Assembly (NCBI GenBank): GCA_963778655.1
Contig: CAVZVA010000003.1
Coordinates: 1-64,000, forward strand
Reading direction: 5' to 3'
Length of the DNA: 64,000 nucleotides
Source of the DNA: an uncultured delta proteobacterium
GTDB taxonomy: Bacteria > Myxococcota_A > Polyangia > Polyangiales > JAFGIB01
Part shown: positions 28,240-38,892 of the stretch, piece after piece
How the letters are laid out: each line of letters begins with the position of its first letter
Numbering within the stretch: position 1 is the stretch's first letter
Position numbers and translations under genes: made by a program
Notes under the pieces: generated by a model
The model's input: the letters and a program-made list of their open reading frames with translations, nothing else
Told to the model about the DNA's origin: nothing
Databases searched by the model: none

Positions 28240-29469
28240 ATGTCCAAACGCCCACCCATGCACCGCTGCGGCCCACTGGGGTCGCGCCCCTGCGTCGCGT
28301 GCAGCACGGTCCTGTGTGCCTCGAGCCTGCTGCTGGCGCTCGCGGGCTGCGCGCAGGATCCCAGGCTCGTCGCGAGCAACTGCGCCGACAAGCAGGGCTG
28401 CGCGCAGAGCAGCGCGCCGCTGCGCAAGCTCGACAAGGTCGACATCCTGCTGGTGATCGACAACTCGGACTCGGTCTCACCCAAGCAAGAGGCGCTCAAG
28501 CAGCAGCTGCCGCGCATGCTCAACGCGCTCACCACCGGCCAGACCGCGGACATGAGCTTCCCCCCGGCCGCCAGCGTGAACGTGGCGGTGGTCACGACCG
28601 ACATGGGCGTCGGTTCCGATGCGGTCGACACCGGCATCGCGAGTTGCGTGGGCCTGGGGCAAGACGGGACGTTCGTGCGGCCGGGCGAGACCGAGCTGGC
28701 CGGGTGCGAGGCGTCTTATCCCGGCTTTCTGGCGTACGACGGCAGCAAGGCGGCGCTGGCCACGGTCGACACGGTGGCCTGCGTGCCGGTGGTGGGCACC
28801 GGGGGCTGCGGCTTCGAGCAGCCGCTCGAGGCCGCGCTCAAAGCGTTGTGGCCCGCGGGCGATGACAGCGTGAGCTTCCTGGCCGGCGCCGGTCACGGCG
28901 AGGACGAGAACGCGGGCTTCCTGCGCCCGGACTCGCTGCTGGTGGTGGTCGTGGTGACCGACGAGGACGACTGCTCCGTATCCGATCCGGCGATCTTCAC
29001 CCCGCCTGCCATGCTGCCGCCCGAAAGCGACCTGGCGCAGATCGGCCTGAACGCCCGCTGCGCGCTGAGCACGTCGCTGCTGTATCCGACCGCGCGCTAC
29101 GAGGACGGCCTGCGCGCGCTGCGCCCCGACAACGACAACCTGATCTTCGCCGTGATCGCCGGCATCCCTCAGGCGCTGGTGCCCGAGAGCGGCGAGCCGG
29201 ACTACGCGGCCGTGCTGGATGACCCCACGATGCAGGTGCAGGTCGACGACCGTGGCACGCCCAATGTCAGCGACGACAAGATCGTTCCGGCCTGCGCCGG
29301 TGCCGACGGCGAGGCCACGCCACCGCGCCGCCTGGTCGAGATAGCGAGCGGCTTCGGCGCCAACGGCGTGCTGAGCAGCATCTGCGCGGACGACTTCGGC
29401 GAGACCGCCGGGCGCCTGATCCGCGCCATCGGCACCCGCCTCGCCGACTACGCCAAGAGCGCGCCCTGA
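28240..29469 (+). CDS. Lipoprotein with vWA-like domain
   Basis: Lipobox LAGC; MIDAS-like DILLVIDNSDS; GFLRPD and VVTDEDDCS segments. Confidence 0.75.
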   Translation: MSKRPPMHRCGPLGSRPCVACSTVLCASSLLLALAGCAQDPRLVASNCADKQGCAQSSAPLRKLDKVDILLVIDNSDSVSPKQEALKQQLPRMLNALTTGQTADMSFPPAASVNVAVVTTDMGVGSDAVDTGIASCVGLGQDGTFVRPGETELAGCEASYPGFLAYDGSKAALATVDTVACVPVVGTGGCGFEQPLEAALKALWPAGDDSVSFLAGAGHGEDENAGFLRPDSLLVVVVVTDEDDCSVSDPAIFTPPAMLPPESDLAQIGLNARCALSTSLLYPTARYEDGLRALRPDNDNLIFAVIAGIPQALVPESGEPDYAAVLDDPTMQVQVDDRGTPNVSDDKIVPACAGADGEATPPRRLVEIASGFGANGVLSSICADDFGETAGRLIRAIGTRLADYAKSAP

Positions 29470-29482
29470 ACGCGCGTGCTGA

Positions 29483-29522
29483 TGGACCGGTCGCGCCGCC
29501 GTGAGCCGCACGCGACCGGTCC
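29483..29522 (+). terminator. GC-rich hairpin, possible terminator
   Basis: GGACCGGTCGCG ... CGCGACCGGTCC perfect 12-bp stem just after a stop codon; no U-tract. Confidence 0.4.
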
Positions 29523-29647
29523 TCCGCGCCCCCTCCGGTGCCGCGAAGCCCGAGCCCGTCGCACGCAGAAATCCGATCACGAGAGAATGGGAGCAGTAGC
29601 GCCTAATCGGCTATGCTGCGGCTCCATCTCGGCGATTTGGAGGGCTC

Positions 29648-30352
29648 ATGCAGATTCGGCGCTCGGGGCTTTGCGTGGTGTTGGCGTTGTCCGGCATGGC
29701 GTGCAGCGCGACCACCTCGTCGCGCAACATCCGCACCGCAGGCGTGGTCGCGCTGATCGACGTCAGCTCGCAGCGCGAGGGTGAGTCGACGGTGAACACC
29801 GATCTGGTGGTGGGCGGCGCGAACAGCAACACCCACGTGGTGCTCGAAGGCGGCGACCGCCTGAGCGCGCAGGCCGGCGGCGAGCACAAGGACATGAACG
29901 CGGTGGCCACCGGCGGCTACGAGGCCAAGTTCGCCACCAGCGGCGGCGAGTTCGTGGTCGGGCTGGCGCGCGACGTCGATGCGCCCGCGCCCAACAGCAA
30001 GGGCACGCTGCCGCCGCCCTTCGAGATCACCAGCAACTTCGCCAAGCCGATCTCGCGCAAGCTGGCGGACGTCGTGCTGACCTGGTCGCCGGCCGACAGC
30101 GGCGCTGACGTGGCGATCCACATCTCGGGCGACTGCATCGTGCCGGCGGACTTCAAGGTCGGCGGCGATCCGGGCAAGTTCAAGATCAAGCACAAGACCA
30201 TCACCGCCTGGGAGAGCCAGGCCAAGGAATCGTGCAACGTCACCGCCGTGATCACGCGCACGGTGTCGGGCACGACCGACCCGGCGCTCGACAGCGACAG
30301 CCGCTTTCGGCTGCACCAGGTGCGCCAGGTCCGCTTCGTCTCCGCCCCCTGA
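29648..30352 (+). CDS. Hypothetical lipoprotein
   Basis: Signal ending SGMAC; GAGGG upstream; beta-rich mature part. Confidence 0.75.
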   Translation: MQIRRSGLCVVLALSGMACSATTSSRNIRTAGVVALIDVSSQREGESTVNTDLVVGGANSNTHVVLEGGDRLSAQAGGEHKDMNAVATGGYEAKFATSGGEFVVGLARDVDAPAPNSKGTLPPPFEITSNFAKPISRKLADVVLTWSPADSGADVAIHISGDCIVPADFKVGGDPGKFKIKHKTITAWESQAKESCNVTAVITRTVSGTTDPALDSDSRFRLHQVRQVRFVSAP

Positions 30353-30514
30353 GCCGGGCCGAGGACGCAAGCCGCTCCTGGACGCTTCTGGACAAGACCC
30401 AGTTCCCGTTCAGGAGCGTGCGCGCCCGCAGGACCGGACCGAGGCGTACTCCTCGTACGCCGCCGGGCCGGGCCGAGGACGCAAGCCGCTCCTGGACGCT
30501 TCTGGACGGGAACT
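30353..30514. repeat. Palindromic element (30401-30514) plus 41-bp direct repeat
   Basis: AGTTCCCGTTCAGGAGCGT ... ACGCTTCTGGACGGGAACT inverted ends; 30353-30393 is identical to 30467-30507. Confidence 0.85.
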
Positions 30515-30926
30515 AAGGCAGGCGCTCGGCCTGCTCGCACAGCGAGATCAGCTCGGCCTCGGTGATGTCGCGCTCGCCCATGTAGGCGATGCCGACCACG
30601 CCGCGCACCGCGCCGGCCTTGTCGTGGATCGGGATCGCGACCGCGGCGTTGGCGTCCACAGCCTTGGCGCCCGGCCGCACATCGCCGCTGTCGTCGCTCT
30701 TGAGGTTGCAGGTGTGCACGGGCTCGTCGCGCTCCCAGGCCAGCCCCGCCATGCCCTTGCCCTTGGGGATGGCGCGCACGACCTCCACCACCTTGGGCGG
30801 GATGTTCAGCGACGCCTGCAGCTCGAGCTGCTCGGTCCCGAGCAAGTGCACCGTGCCGGCCACGCCGCCGTTGCGCTTCACGTACGCCCGCAGCCAGGGT
30901 TCGACTCGTTCGCTCGCGTCCGTCAT
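30513..30926 (-). CDS. Stand-alone GAF domain protein
   Basis: IPKGKGMAGLAW and AVAIPI...VRGVVG GAF-type segments. Confidence 0.8.
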   Translation of the reverse strand: MTDASERVEPWLRAYVKRNGGVAGTVHLLGTEQLELQASLNIPPKVVEVVRAIPKGKGMAGLAWERDEPVHTCNLKSDDSGDVRPGAKAVDANAAVAIPIHDKAGAVRGVVGIAYMGERDITEAELISLCEQAERLP

Positions 30927-30939
30927 CGCGCGGCCTCCC

Positions 30940-32580
<1,641 letters not shown>

Positions 32581-32816
32581 GTCCTCTCCTGCGGCTGCTC
32601 GGGGTTACTACCATGCCTGCCCCCGGGGACAAACGCTGAGCGCTCCGGATAGCGCGCACGCTTGGATGCGGACGCGCTGCCCTGGCGCGCGCTCCCGCCG
32701 CGCCGACTCGCGCCCTCACGCTCGGCTTGGACGCCGGGCCGCTTGCACACCGGGCGATGACGTGCGACGAGCATGCGGTCGGCCGCTACCCGGCCGCGCC
32801 CGCGGGAGGGATCTCG

Positions 32817-33461
32817 ATGCTCAAGAAAATCCTGATCGGACTGGTGGTGGTGATCGGCGGCTTCGCGGTCTTCGTGGCGACGCGGCCGGACACCTACCAC
32901 GTCGAACGCTCCGCCACGATCGCGGCGCCGCCCGAGATCATCTTCGCGCAGCTCGAGGATCTCAAGGCGTGGCACGCCTGGTCGCCGTGGGACAAGCGCG
33001 ACCCCGACATCAAGCGCAGCTACTCGGGCGCCGAGCGCGGCGTGGGCGCGGAGTACGCCTGGCAAGGCAACGGGCAGACCGGCAAAGGCAACATGAAGAT
33101 CACCGAGGACGAGGCACCGCTGAAGCTGCGCTTCGAGACCCATTTCATCGAGCCCTTCCCCTCGGTCGCGCAGGGCGGTTTCGACCTCAAGCCCAACGGC
33201 GACAAGACCGAGGTCACCTGGACCAGCGACGGCGGGCGCGGCTTCGTCGGCAAGTTCTTCGGGCTGTTCTTCAGCATGGACTCGATGATCGGTCCCGACT
33301 TCGAGCACGGCTTGCAGGACCTCAGGAACATCGCCGAGGCCAAGGCCGCCAAGGAGAAGGAAGCCGCCGCCGCCAAGGCCGCCGCGGCCGCGGCCGCCCA
33401 GGCGGCCACCCAGGCCGCCGCCGCTGCTCAGCCCCAGCCCGGAGCCACGGCCGCGAAATAG
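32817..33461 (+). CDS. SRPBCC/polyketide cyclase-like protein with N-terminal anchor
   Basis: VERSATIAAPPE, WSPW and MIGPDFEHGL motifs; Ala-rich tail. Confidence 0.85.
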   Translation: MLKKILIGLVVVIGGFAVFVATRPDTYHVERSATIAAPPEIIFAQLEDLKAWHAWSPWDKRDPDIKRSYSGAERGVGAEYAWQGNGQTGKGNMKITEDEAPLKLRFETHFIEPFPSVAQGGFDLKPNGDKTEVTWTSDGGRGFVGKFFGLFFSMDSMIGPDFEHGLQDLRNIAEAKAAKEKEAAAAKAAAAAAAQAATQAAAAAQPQPGATAAK

Positions 33462-33523
33462 GGCCCCCGGGGTCCGAAGCGCGAGCGCGGGCTCGGCCAC
33501 GCGCAGATTAAACAGCCGCGCAA

Positions 33524-33540
33524 TCGGCCCGCAATCTGCG
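33524..33540 (+). promoter_or_regulatory. Possible sigma-54 -24/-12 element upstream of the HPF-like gene
   Basis: TCGGCCCGCAATCTGCG has GG-N10-GC spacing; weak match in GC-rich DNA. Confidence 0.25.
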
Positions 33541-33595
33541 ACGCATAGCCTCCAGGGAAGCGCTCGGGAAGTCCGGGCGTGAGGAGGCATCGAAC

Positions 33596-33940
33596 ATGCT
33601 GCCGCAAGTGACCTTTCGTGGACTCGCGCCGTCGTCCGAGGTGGTCGACCTGGTCAGCAGGAAGGCCAAGAAGCTCAGCGAGCTGGCTCCGCTGCACGGC
33701 TGCCACGTCGTGATCGAGGCCTCGCCCTGGGGCAGCCCGCGCCCGCTCAGCTACCGCGTCGTGCTGCAGCTCAGCGGCGGCACGGGCGCGCGCGCGCGGC
33801 TGCCGCGACAGACCACCGACGCCAACCTGCAGGCCGCGCTCAGCGATGTGTTCCGCAGCGCGCGCCGGCAGCTCGACGCGCGCTCCAAGCCGCGCCGCGG
33901 CCCGGCCGCTCCGGTGCTGCGCGCGGCGCCCGGCCTCTAA
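33596..33940 (+). CDS. HPF/RaiA-like ribosome-associated protein
   Basis: QVTFRGLAPS..KAKKL..CHVVIE..ALSDVFRSARRQL pattern; GAGGAGG RBS. Confidence 0.7.
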   Translation: MLPQVTFRGLAPSSEVVDLVSRKAKKLSELAPLHGCHVVIEASPWGSPRPLSYRVVLQLSGGTGARARLPRQTTDANLQAALSDVFRSARRQLDARSKPRRGPAAPVLRAAPGL

Positions 33941-33949
33941 CATCAGAGC

Positions 33950-34117
33950 TCGCGATTCGGGATCGAATCACAAACTCTGATTTCTGCTTTGATTGTCAGC
34001 GAGTCGCGCCGACTCCCTGCGCGCGAGGCAAAGCCTCGCGCATTCACCCTCTCGCGGTACTGCGGCATCCGCCGCACCGCTAACTGACCGATCGGCATGG
34101 CCGTTCCCGAATCGCGA
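33950..34117. repeat. Intergenic element bounded by a perfect 13-bp inverted repeat
   Basis: TCGCGATTCGGGA (33950-33962) and TCCCGAATCGCGA (34105-34117); internal hairpin GCGCGAGGC-AAA-GCCTCGCGC. Confidence 0.6.
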
Positions 34118-34131
34118 TCGGTCATTTAGCG

Positions 34132-35634
34132 CTACGCCGCGCGGTCATCGGCGCACTCCGTGAGCTGCGGCAGCGCGCCGCGCCGGCCGCGCAGCAGCAG
34201 CACCAGCAGCAGCGCCAGCAGCGCGATCGCGGCGCCGGCCGCCAGCCTGCGCCGGGTGCGCTCGCGCGCGGCACGCTTGCCGCTGAGGCGGTCGAGCGCG
34301 GCGGCCGCAGCCGTATGGCCGGGCTCGTAGCGCAGCGCCTGGGCGTACGCCTCGAGGTCGACCACGCCGTGGCTGAGCTCGAGCTGGCCCTTTGCGAACG
34401 CCAGCTGGGCGCGCAGGTGGCGCGTGCCAGGCGCCTGGGGCGCGAGCCGCAACGCGCGCCGATAGGCCTCGCGGGCCGGCTCGAACGCATGGCGCGCGAG
34501 CCGCGCGTCACCGAGCGCGGCGTAGCCCGGCGCCATCTTGGCGGCATCCGCGTAGCGCGGGAGGCGAGCCAGCAGGCGATCGTAGCGCTGGCGCATACCC
34601 TCGAGGTCCCCGGCGACGAAACGCGCCATGCCCTGCGCGAGCAGCGTGTCGGCCTCCTCGGTCGCATCGCGATCGAGCAGCGCGTACAGCTCGTTGGCGG
34701 TGCGCTCGGCGTCCCAGCGCCGGTCGGCGTCGCGCCCCGCGACCTGCGCGTAGAGCTCGCGCAGCTGCCAGATCGCGTTCTTGCCGAAGCGCGCCGTGAC
34801 CTCGCGCGCGGCTTCGCGCAGCTCGCGCTTGTCCGAGCTGACCAGTCGCACCACCGTCGGCATCGCCGGGAAGTCGAGCGGCTCGCCGTACGCGCGCACC
34901 ACCTGCGCCGCCAGGTGCGCGTCGTGCTGGTCGGTCGCAACCTCCGGATCATCCATGCCGAGCGCGTGCACGCCCGCCTGCGCCCACGCCCGCACACGCG
35001 GATCGGCGTGCGAGCGCAGCCTGATCAACGCCGGCAGCAGCGACAAGCCGACGCGCTCGCGGGACCGGCGCAGCTCGGCGTCCCACACGCCCGGCGGATC
35101 GAGCTCGAGCACGTCGGCCATCAACAGCCCCGCCTCCGGCGTGGCGACGCGCTCGAGCGAGCGCAACAGCAGCAGCGGCTCGGCCATCGCGAGCAGCGCC
35201 TTATCGCGGCGCTCGCGCAGCACCGCCAGCACGCCCCGGGCAATGTCGGTGTCGTCGTCGCTTCGGCGGCTGCCGGCCGCGTGCCGGAACGCGGTCAGCG
35301 CGACCTTGGCCGCCTCGGGATCAGGACGGCCGCGGCGCAGCTCGCGCAGCCGCTGCGCGATTCCCGGCAAGCTCTCGGCGTGCAGCTCGGCCAGCGCGTG
35401 CTGCGCCGCCGTGCGCTGCGCCTCGCTCGGCCCCCCGAGCTGGGCGGTGAGCCGCGCGATCTCCGCGGCGTCCAGACCACGCACCTGCAGCCAGCGCGAC
35501 GGCGGCGGGAAGGGCGGCGCCGCGGCGGCCGGACGCGCCAGCAAAAGGCCCAGGCAGCAGCACCCGATCAGGGCCAGGGGCGCCGCAGCCCCGCCCGGGA
35601 GCTCGCGAATCGCTGCGCCGCCACCAGCTCGCAT
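34132..35634 (-). CDS. Exported helical-repeat (HEAT/TPR-like) protein with C-terminal TM anchor
   Basis: Signal-like segment ending PAAA; TPR-like AYRRALRLAP and AYAQALRYEP; C-terminal hydrophobic helix followed by Arg residues. Confidence 0.7.
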   Translation of the reverse strand: MRAGGGAAIRELPGGAAAPLALIGCCCLGLLLARPAAAAPPFPPPSRWLQVRGLDAAEIARLTAQLGGPSEAQRTAAQHALAELHAESLPGIAQRLRELRRGRPDPEAAKVALTAFRHAAGSRRSDDDTDIARGVLAVLRERRDKALLAMAEPLLLLRSLERVATPEAGLLMADVLELDPPGVWDAELRRSRERVGLSLLPALIRLRSHADPRVRAWAQAGVHALGMDDPEVATDQHDAHLAAQVVRAYGEPLDFPAMPTVVRLVSSDKRELREAAREVTARFGKNAIWQLRELYAQVAGRDADRRWDAERTANELYALLDRDATEEADTLLAQGMARFVAGDLEGMRQRYDRLLARLPRYADAAKMAPGYAALGDARLARHAFEPAREAYRRALRLAPQAPGTRHLRAQLAFAKGQLELSHGVVDLEAYAQALRYEPGHTAAAAALDRLSGKRAARERTRRRLAAGAAIALLALLLVLLLRGRRGALPQLTECADDRAA

Positions 35635-35687
35635 CGCGCCACACTGCCGCCGCGGGCGCGCGCCGTCAATTTTTCGCGCAGGCCCGA

Positions 35688-35969
35688 TCAGTCCGGAACT
35701 ATTCGGAATTCCGAGAACTCGCCGGTATAGCTGCGCCAGCGCGTGTCGAGCTTTTCGACCCGCGCGGTCGAGGGGCCGTGCTGGGCCCAGGAAAGCAGGT
35801 CCTTGACCTGGTCCTCCTCGCCCTCGGCCACGATCTCGACCCCGCCGTCGGGGCGGTTCATGACCCAGCCGGTCAGGCCGAGCCGCTTGGCCTCGCGCTG
35901 TGCCGAAGCCCGGAAATACATGCCCTGGACCCGCCCCTTCACGACCAGGTGGATGCGTTTTTGTCCCAT
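35688..35969 (-). CDS. acyP: Acylphosphatase
   Basis: GRVQGMYFR and [12 protein letters not shown] motifs; 93 aa. Confidence 0.95.
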   Translation of the reverse strand: MGQKRIHLVVKGRVQGMYFRASAQREAKRLGLTGWVMNRPDGGVEIVAEGEEDQVKDLLSWAQHGPSTARVEKLDTRWRSYTGEFSEFRIVPD

Positions 35970-36250
35970 ACAAGACCCTGCCTATCGCGCGCGATCCGGC
36001 CTCGCAACCGCCGGCGCGGCCGGCCCCGCCGGCCGTGCGCGGACCGTTACGCCGCAGTTTCGCCACAAGTCCGGCTCTTGGCCAGTGTTGGCGTGTCACC
36101 GGGTGTTGGCGTGCCACCGGCCACGCCCTCCCCGCCCGCGGCCCGGTGGGGACCCGCACCGGGTCCTGCGGCGCCAACTGGCTCGCGCTCGGCTCCGTTT
36201 CTGCTAGCTTATCGCCCCACGTTCCTATTTGCGGAACGCAACAGGACACC

Positions 36251-36448
36251 ATGAAGCCCGAAATTCATCCCGAGTACAAAGAGGCCCAGGTCACCTGCGC
36301 GTGCGGCGCCAGCTTCGTCACGCGCTCGACCCGCGGCTCCTTCAGCGTCGACATCTGCTCCGAATGCCATCCGTTCTACACTGGCAAGCAGAAGCTGGTG
36401 GACAGCGCCGGCCGCATCGAGCGGTTCAACAAGAAGTACGGCAAGTAG
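36251..36448 (+). CDS. rpmE: 50S ribosomal protein L31 (Zn-binding type)
   Basis: [13 protein letters not shown] and [12 protein letters not shown] motifs. Confidence 0.97.
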   Translation: MKPEIHPEYKEAQVTCACGASFVTRSTRGSFSVDICSECHPFYTGKQKLVDSAGRIERFNKKYGK

Positions 36449-36566
36449 CGAGGGCGGGGGCCGCTCGCACGCTGGCGCAGGGCTGCAGGCGTGCGAGGGC
36501 TGCCGCGATTGCCCCGGCGGCACGCGCTTCGGTCTTGCTCCCGCGCCCGAATTCCGGTGTAAGCCG

Positions 36567-37637
36567 ATGCTGCCGACCGACAAGCTCGAATCGCTGCGCG
36601 CCCGCTACGACGAGCTCGAGGATCTGCTGTGCCAGCCGGAAGTGGCCGCGGACTCAACGCGCTACGTCAAGCTGACCCGCGAGCGCGGCGAGCTGCTGCC
36701 GCTGGTGCAGGCCTACCAGCGATATCTCGACAACGCGCGCCGCATCCGCGAGGACCGAGAGGCGCTGAGCGATCCGGAGCTGCGCGAGATGGCGCTGGAG
36801 GAGCTGCCCGAGCTGGAGCAGCAGCGGGAGCAGATCGAGGCGCAGATCTCGCTGCTGCTGCTGCCCAGGGATCCCAACGATGCGCGCAACACCGTGCTGG
36901 AAATCCGCAGCGGCACCGGCGGCGAGGAGGCTTCGCTGTTCGCCGCCGACCTGTTCCGCATGTACTGCCGCTACGCGGAGCGCAAGGGCTGGAGCGTGCA
37001 GGTGCTGTCGAGCAGCGAGTCGGCCACCGGTGGGCTCAAGGAGATGATCGCCCTGATCAAGGGCGATCGCGTGTACTCGGCCTTGCGCTTCGAGGGCGGG
37101 GTGCACCGCGTGCAGCGGGTACCTGCGACCGAGAACCAGGGCCGGATCCACACCTCAACCGCAACCGTCGCGGTGCTGCCGGAAGCCGACGAGGTGGACG
37201 TGCAGATCAACGAAGGCGATCTGGAGATGCAGGCGACCGGCTCCGGCGGCCCGGGCGGCCAGCACGTGAACATGACCAACAGCGCGGTGCAGCTGTTTCA
37301 CAAGCCCAGCGGGATCATGGTGCGCTGCCAGGAGGAGCGCTCGCAGCACAAGAACCGCGCGCGCGCGATGCAGATCCTGCGGGCGCGCCTGCTCAAGACC
37401 GCCACCGAGGAGCAGCACGCCGCGGTCGCCGCCGAACGCCGTGGCATGGTCGGCGGCGGCGAACGCGCGGAGAAGATCCGCACCTACAACTTCCCGCAGA
37501 ACCGCGTCACCGATCACCGGCTGGGGCTGACCCTGCACAAGCTCGACGCGGTCATCGAAGGCGACATCGAGGAGCTGCTCACGGCGCTGCGCAACCACCA
37601 CCAGGCCGAGCTGCTGGCGCGCCAGAGCGAGCGCTGA
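36567..37637 (+). CDS. prfA: Peptide chain release factor 1
   Basis: GTGGEEA, HRVQRVPATE (PxT), GGQ and IRTYNFPQNRVTDHR motifs. Confidence 0.97.
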   Translation: MLPTDKLESLRARYDELEDLLCQPEVAADSTRYVKLTRERGELLPLVQAYQRYLDNARRIREDREALSDPELREMALEELPELEQQREQIEAQISLLLLPRDPNDARNTVLEIRSGTGGEEASLFAADLFRMYCRYAERKGWSVQVLSSSESATGGLKEMIALIKGDRVYSALRFEGGVHRVQRVPATENQGRIHTSTATVAVLPEADEVDVQINEGDLEMQATGSGGPGGQHVNMTNSAVQLFHKPSGIMVRCQEERSQHKNRARAMQILRARLLKTATEEQHAAVAAERRGMVGGGERAEKIRTYNFPQNRVTDHRLGLTLHKLDAVIEGDIEELLTALRNHHQAELLARQSER

Positions 37638-37680
37638 AGGAGTTAGCGCGAACGATGAGCGGACTCGCGAGCGGGCGAAT

Positions 37681-38202
37681 TCAGTTCTTCCAGAGCAGCT
37701 GGGTGGCGCGCTCAGCGTCGGGGCGCTCCACCCGCGGGCAGTCGTGACAGCGCAGCGGGAAGTCGGGATCGGTGCACTCACGACACGCTTGCAGCGCGCC
37801 GAGCATCGAGCGCAGCTCGCCGCGCACGCGCTGCAGTGTGGCGGCGCGCCGCTCCAGCTCCTCGATCCGCGCGGTGAGCGCGCTCGACATCTGGCAGGCC
37901 GCCTGGATCGCGCTGCTGCAGCCAGCCTTGAGCGCCATCAGATGTTTGATCTCGTGCAGCGACAGACCGGCTTCCCTCAAATCCGAGATTGTCTGTAATT
38001 TTTGGAGCTCGGATTCGGGGAACTTGCGGTGGCTGCCGTCCGCGCGCGCCCGCGCGGCGATTAGGCCTTCGGCCTCGTAAAAACGCACGGTCCGCAGCGT
38101 CGTCTGGCTCAGGCGCGCCATCTCGCCGGTGGTGAACCAGCCTGCTCCGGCGTTCCCCGGCCCGTCCCTGCGCTCTCGATTGCCCCCGTCTTCTCGATCC
38201 AT
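37681..38202 (-). CDS. MerR-family regulator with C-terminal Cys cluster
   Basis: TTGEMARL..TLRTVRFYEAEGLI HTH; GLSLHEIK; CRECTDPDFPLRCHDC. Confidence 0.88.
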   Translation of the reverse strand: MDREDGGNRERRDGPGNAGAGWFTTGEMARLSQTTLRTVRFYEAEGLIAARARADGSHRKFPESELQKLQTISDLREAGLSLHEIKHLMALKAGCSSAIQAACQMSSALTARIEELERRAATLQRVRGELRSMLGALQACRECTDPDFPLRCHDCPRVERPDAERATQLLWKN

Positions 38203-38438
38203 GCTTCCGACACCCTACTGGTACCCGTCCGGAAGCCCAAGCTCCCGGACCCCGTGGGTGCGTTGCGCAAGCCCTGCGCCAAACCGTCCGCGTACTGGGT
38301 GGGGACCGTGTAGAACATAGGGACGCGCTCCCCTGTGCGTCAAGCGGACAGCAACCGCGCGGCCCCACCGGCCGACAACCGGGGTAGGACCGCGGCCGCA
38401 GCGCCGGTGCGGAGCTGGTATAACGACACGGAGAACCG

Positions 38439-38813
38439 ATGACCTCGATCAAACCCCCGGATGGACGACGCCCGGCAGGCCCGCTCGGGCCGACCGCCAG
38501 CGGCGCCAAGGAGGCCGCGGAGGCCGAGCGCCCGGAAGCGGGCTTTCGGGCAGCGCTCGAGAGCGCCGGACGCGCGAGCTCGGCGGAACCGGCGGCCGCG
38601 GCTGCCGGAACCGACCCGATCGCGCAGCTGGCGCACGCGGTCAAGAGCGGCGCGCTCAGCCCGGAGCAGGCGCTGGAGCGGCTCGCCGATCAGACCGCGG
38701 CCAGGATGTCCCACGCGCTCAGCCCGACCCAGCGCGGGGAGCTGCTGGCGGTGCTGCGCGCAGCACTGCAGCATGATCCGGCGTTGGGCGCGCTACGCGA
38801 CGCGCTGCGTTGA
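38439..38813 (+). CDS. Hypothetical protein
   Basis: GGAG RBS, ATG start and plausible composition. Confidence 0.6.
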   Translation: MTSIKPPDGRRPAGPLGPTASGAKEAAEAERPEAGFRAALESAGRASSAEPAAAAAGTDPIAQLAHAVKSGALSPEQALERLADQTAARMSHALSPTQRGELLAVLRAALQHDPALGALRDALR

Positions 38814-38892
38814 AGGATCGCGCGCGCCCGTGCTTGGCTCGCCGGGACAGCGCCCCTTGCCGCCGCGGTCCATCGGTGCGATCTGGGGCAGC

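Noticed and set aside
30513..30926. GAF protein as free methionine-R-sulfoxide reductase (MsrC)
   Set aside because: It has GKGMAG where MsrC has the Cys-containing GxGVCG motif.
34132..36252. 706-aa ORF as listed in the track
   Set aside because: The 5' extension overlaps the clear acyP gene in another frame; the likely start is 35634.
36567..37637. Absence of prmC after prfA
   Set aside because: This gene order varies between bacteria and prmC may lie elsewhere; nothing more can be concluded from this window.
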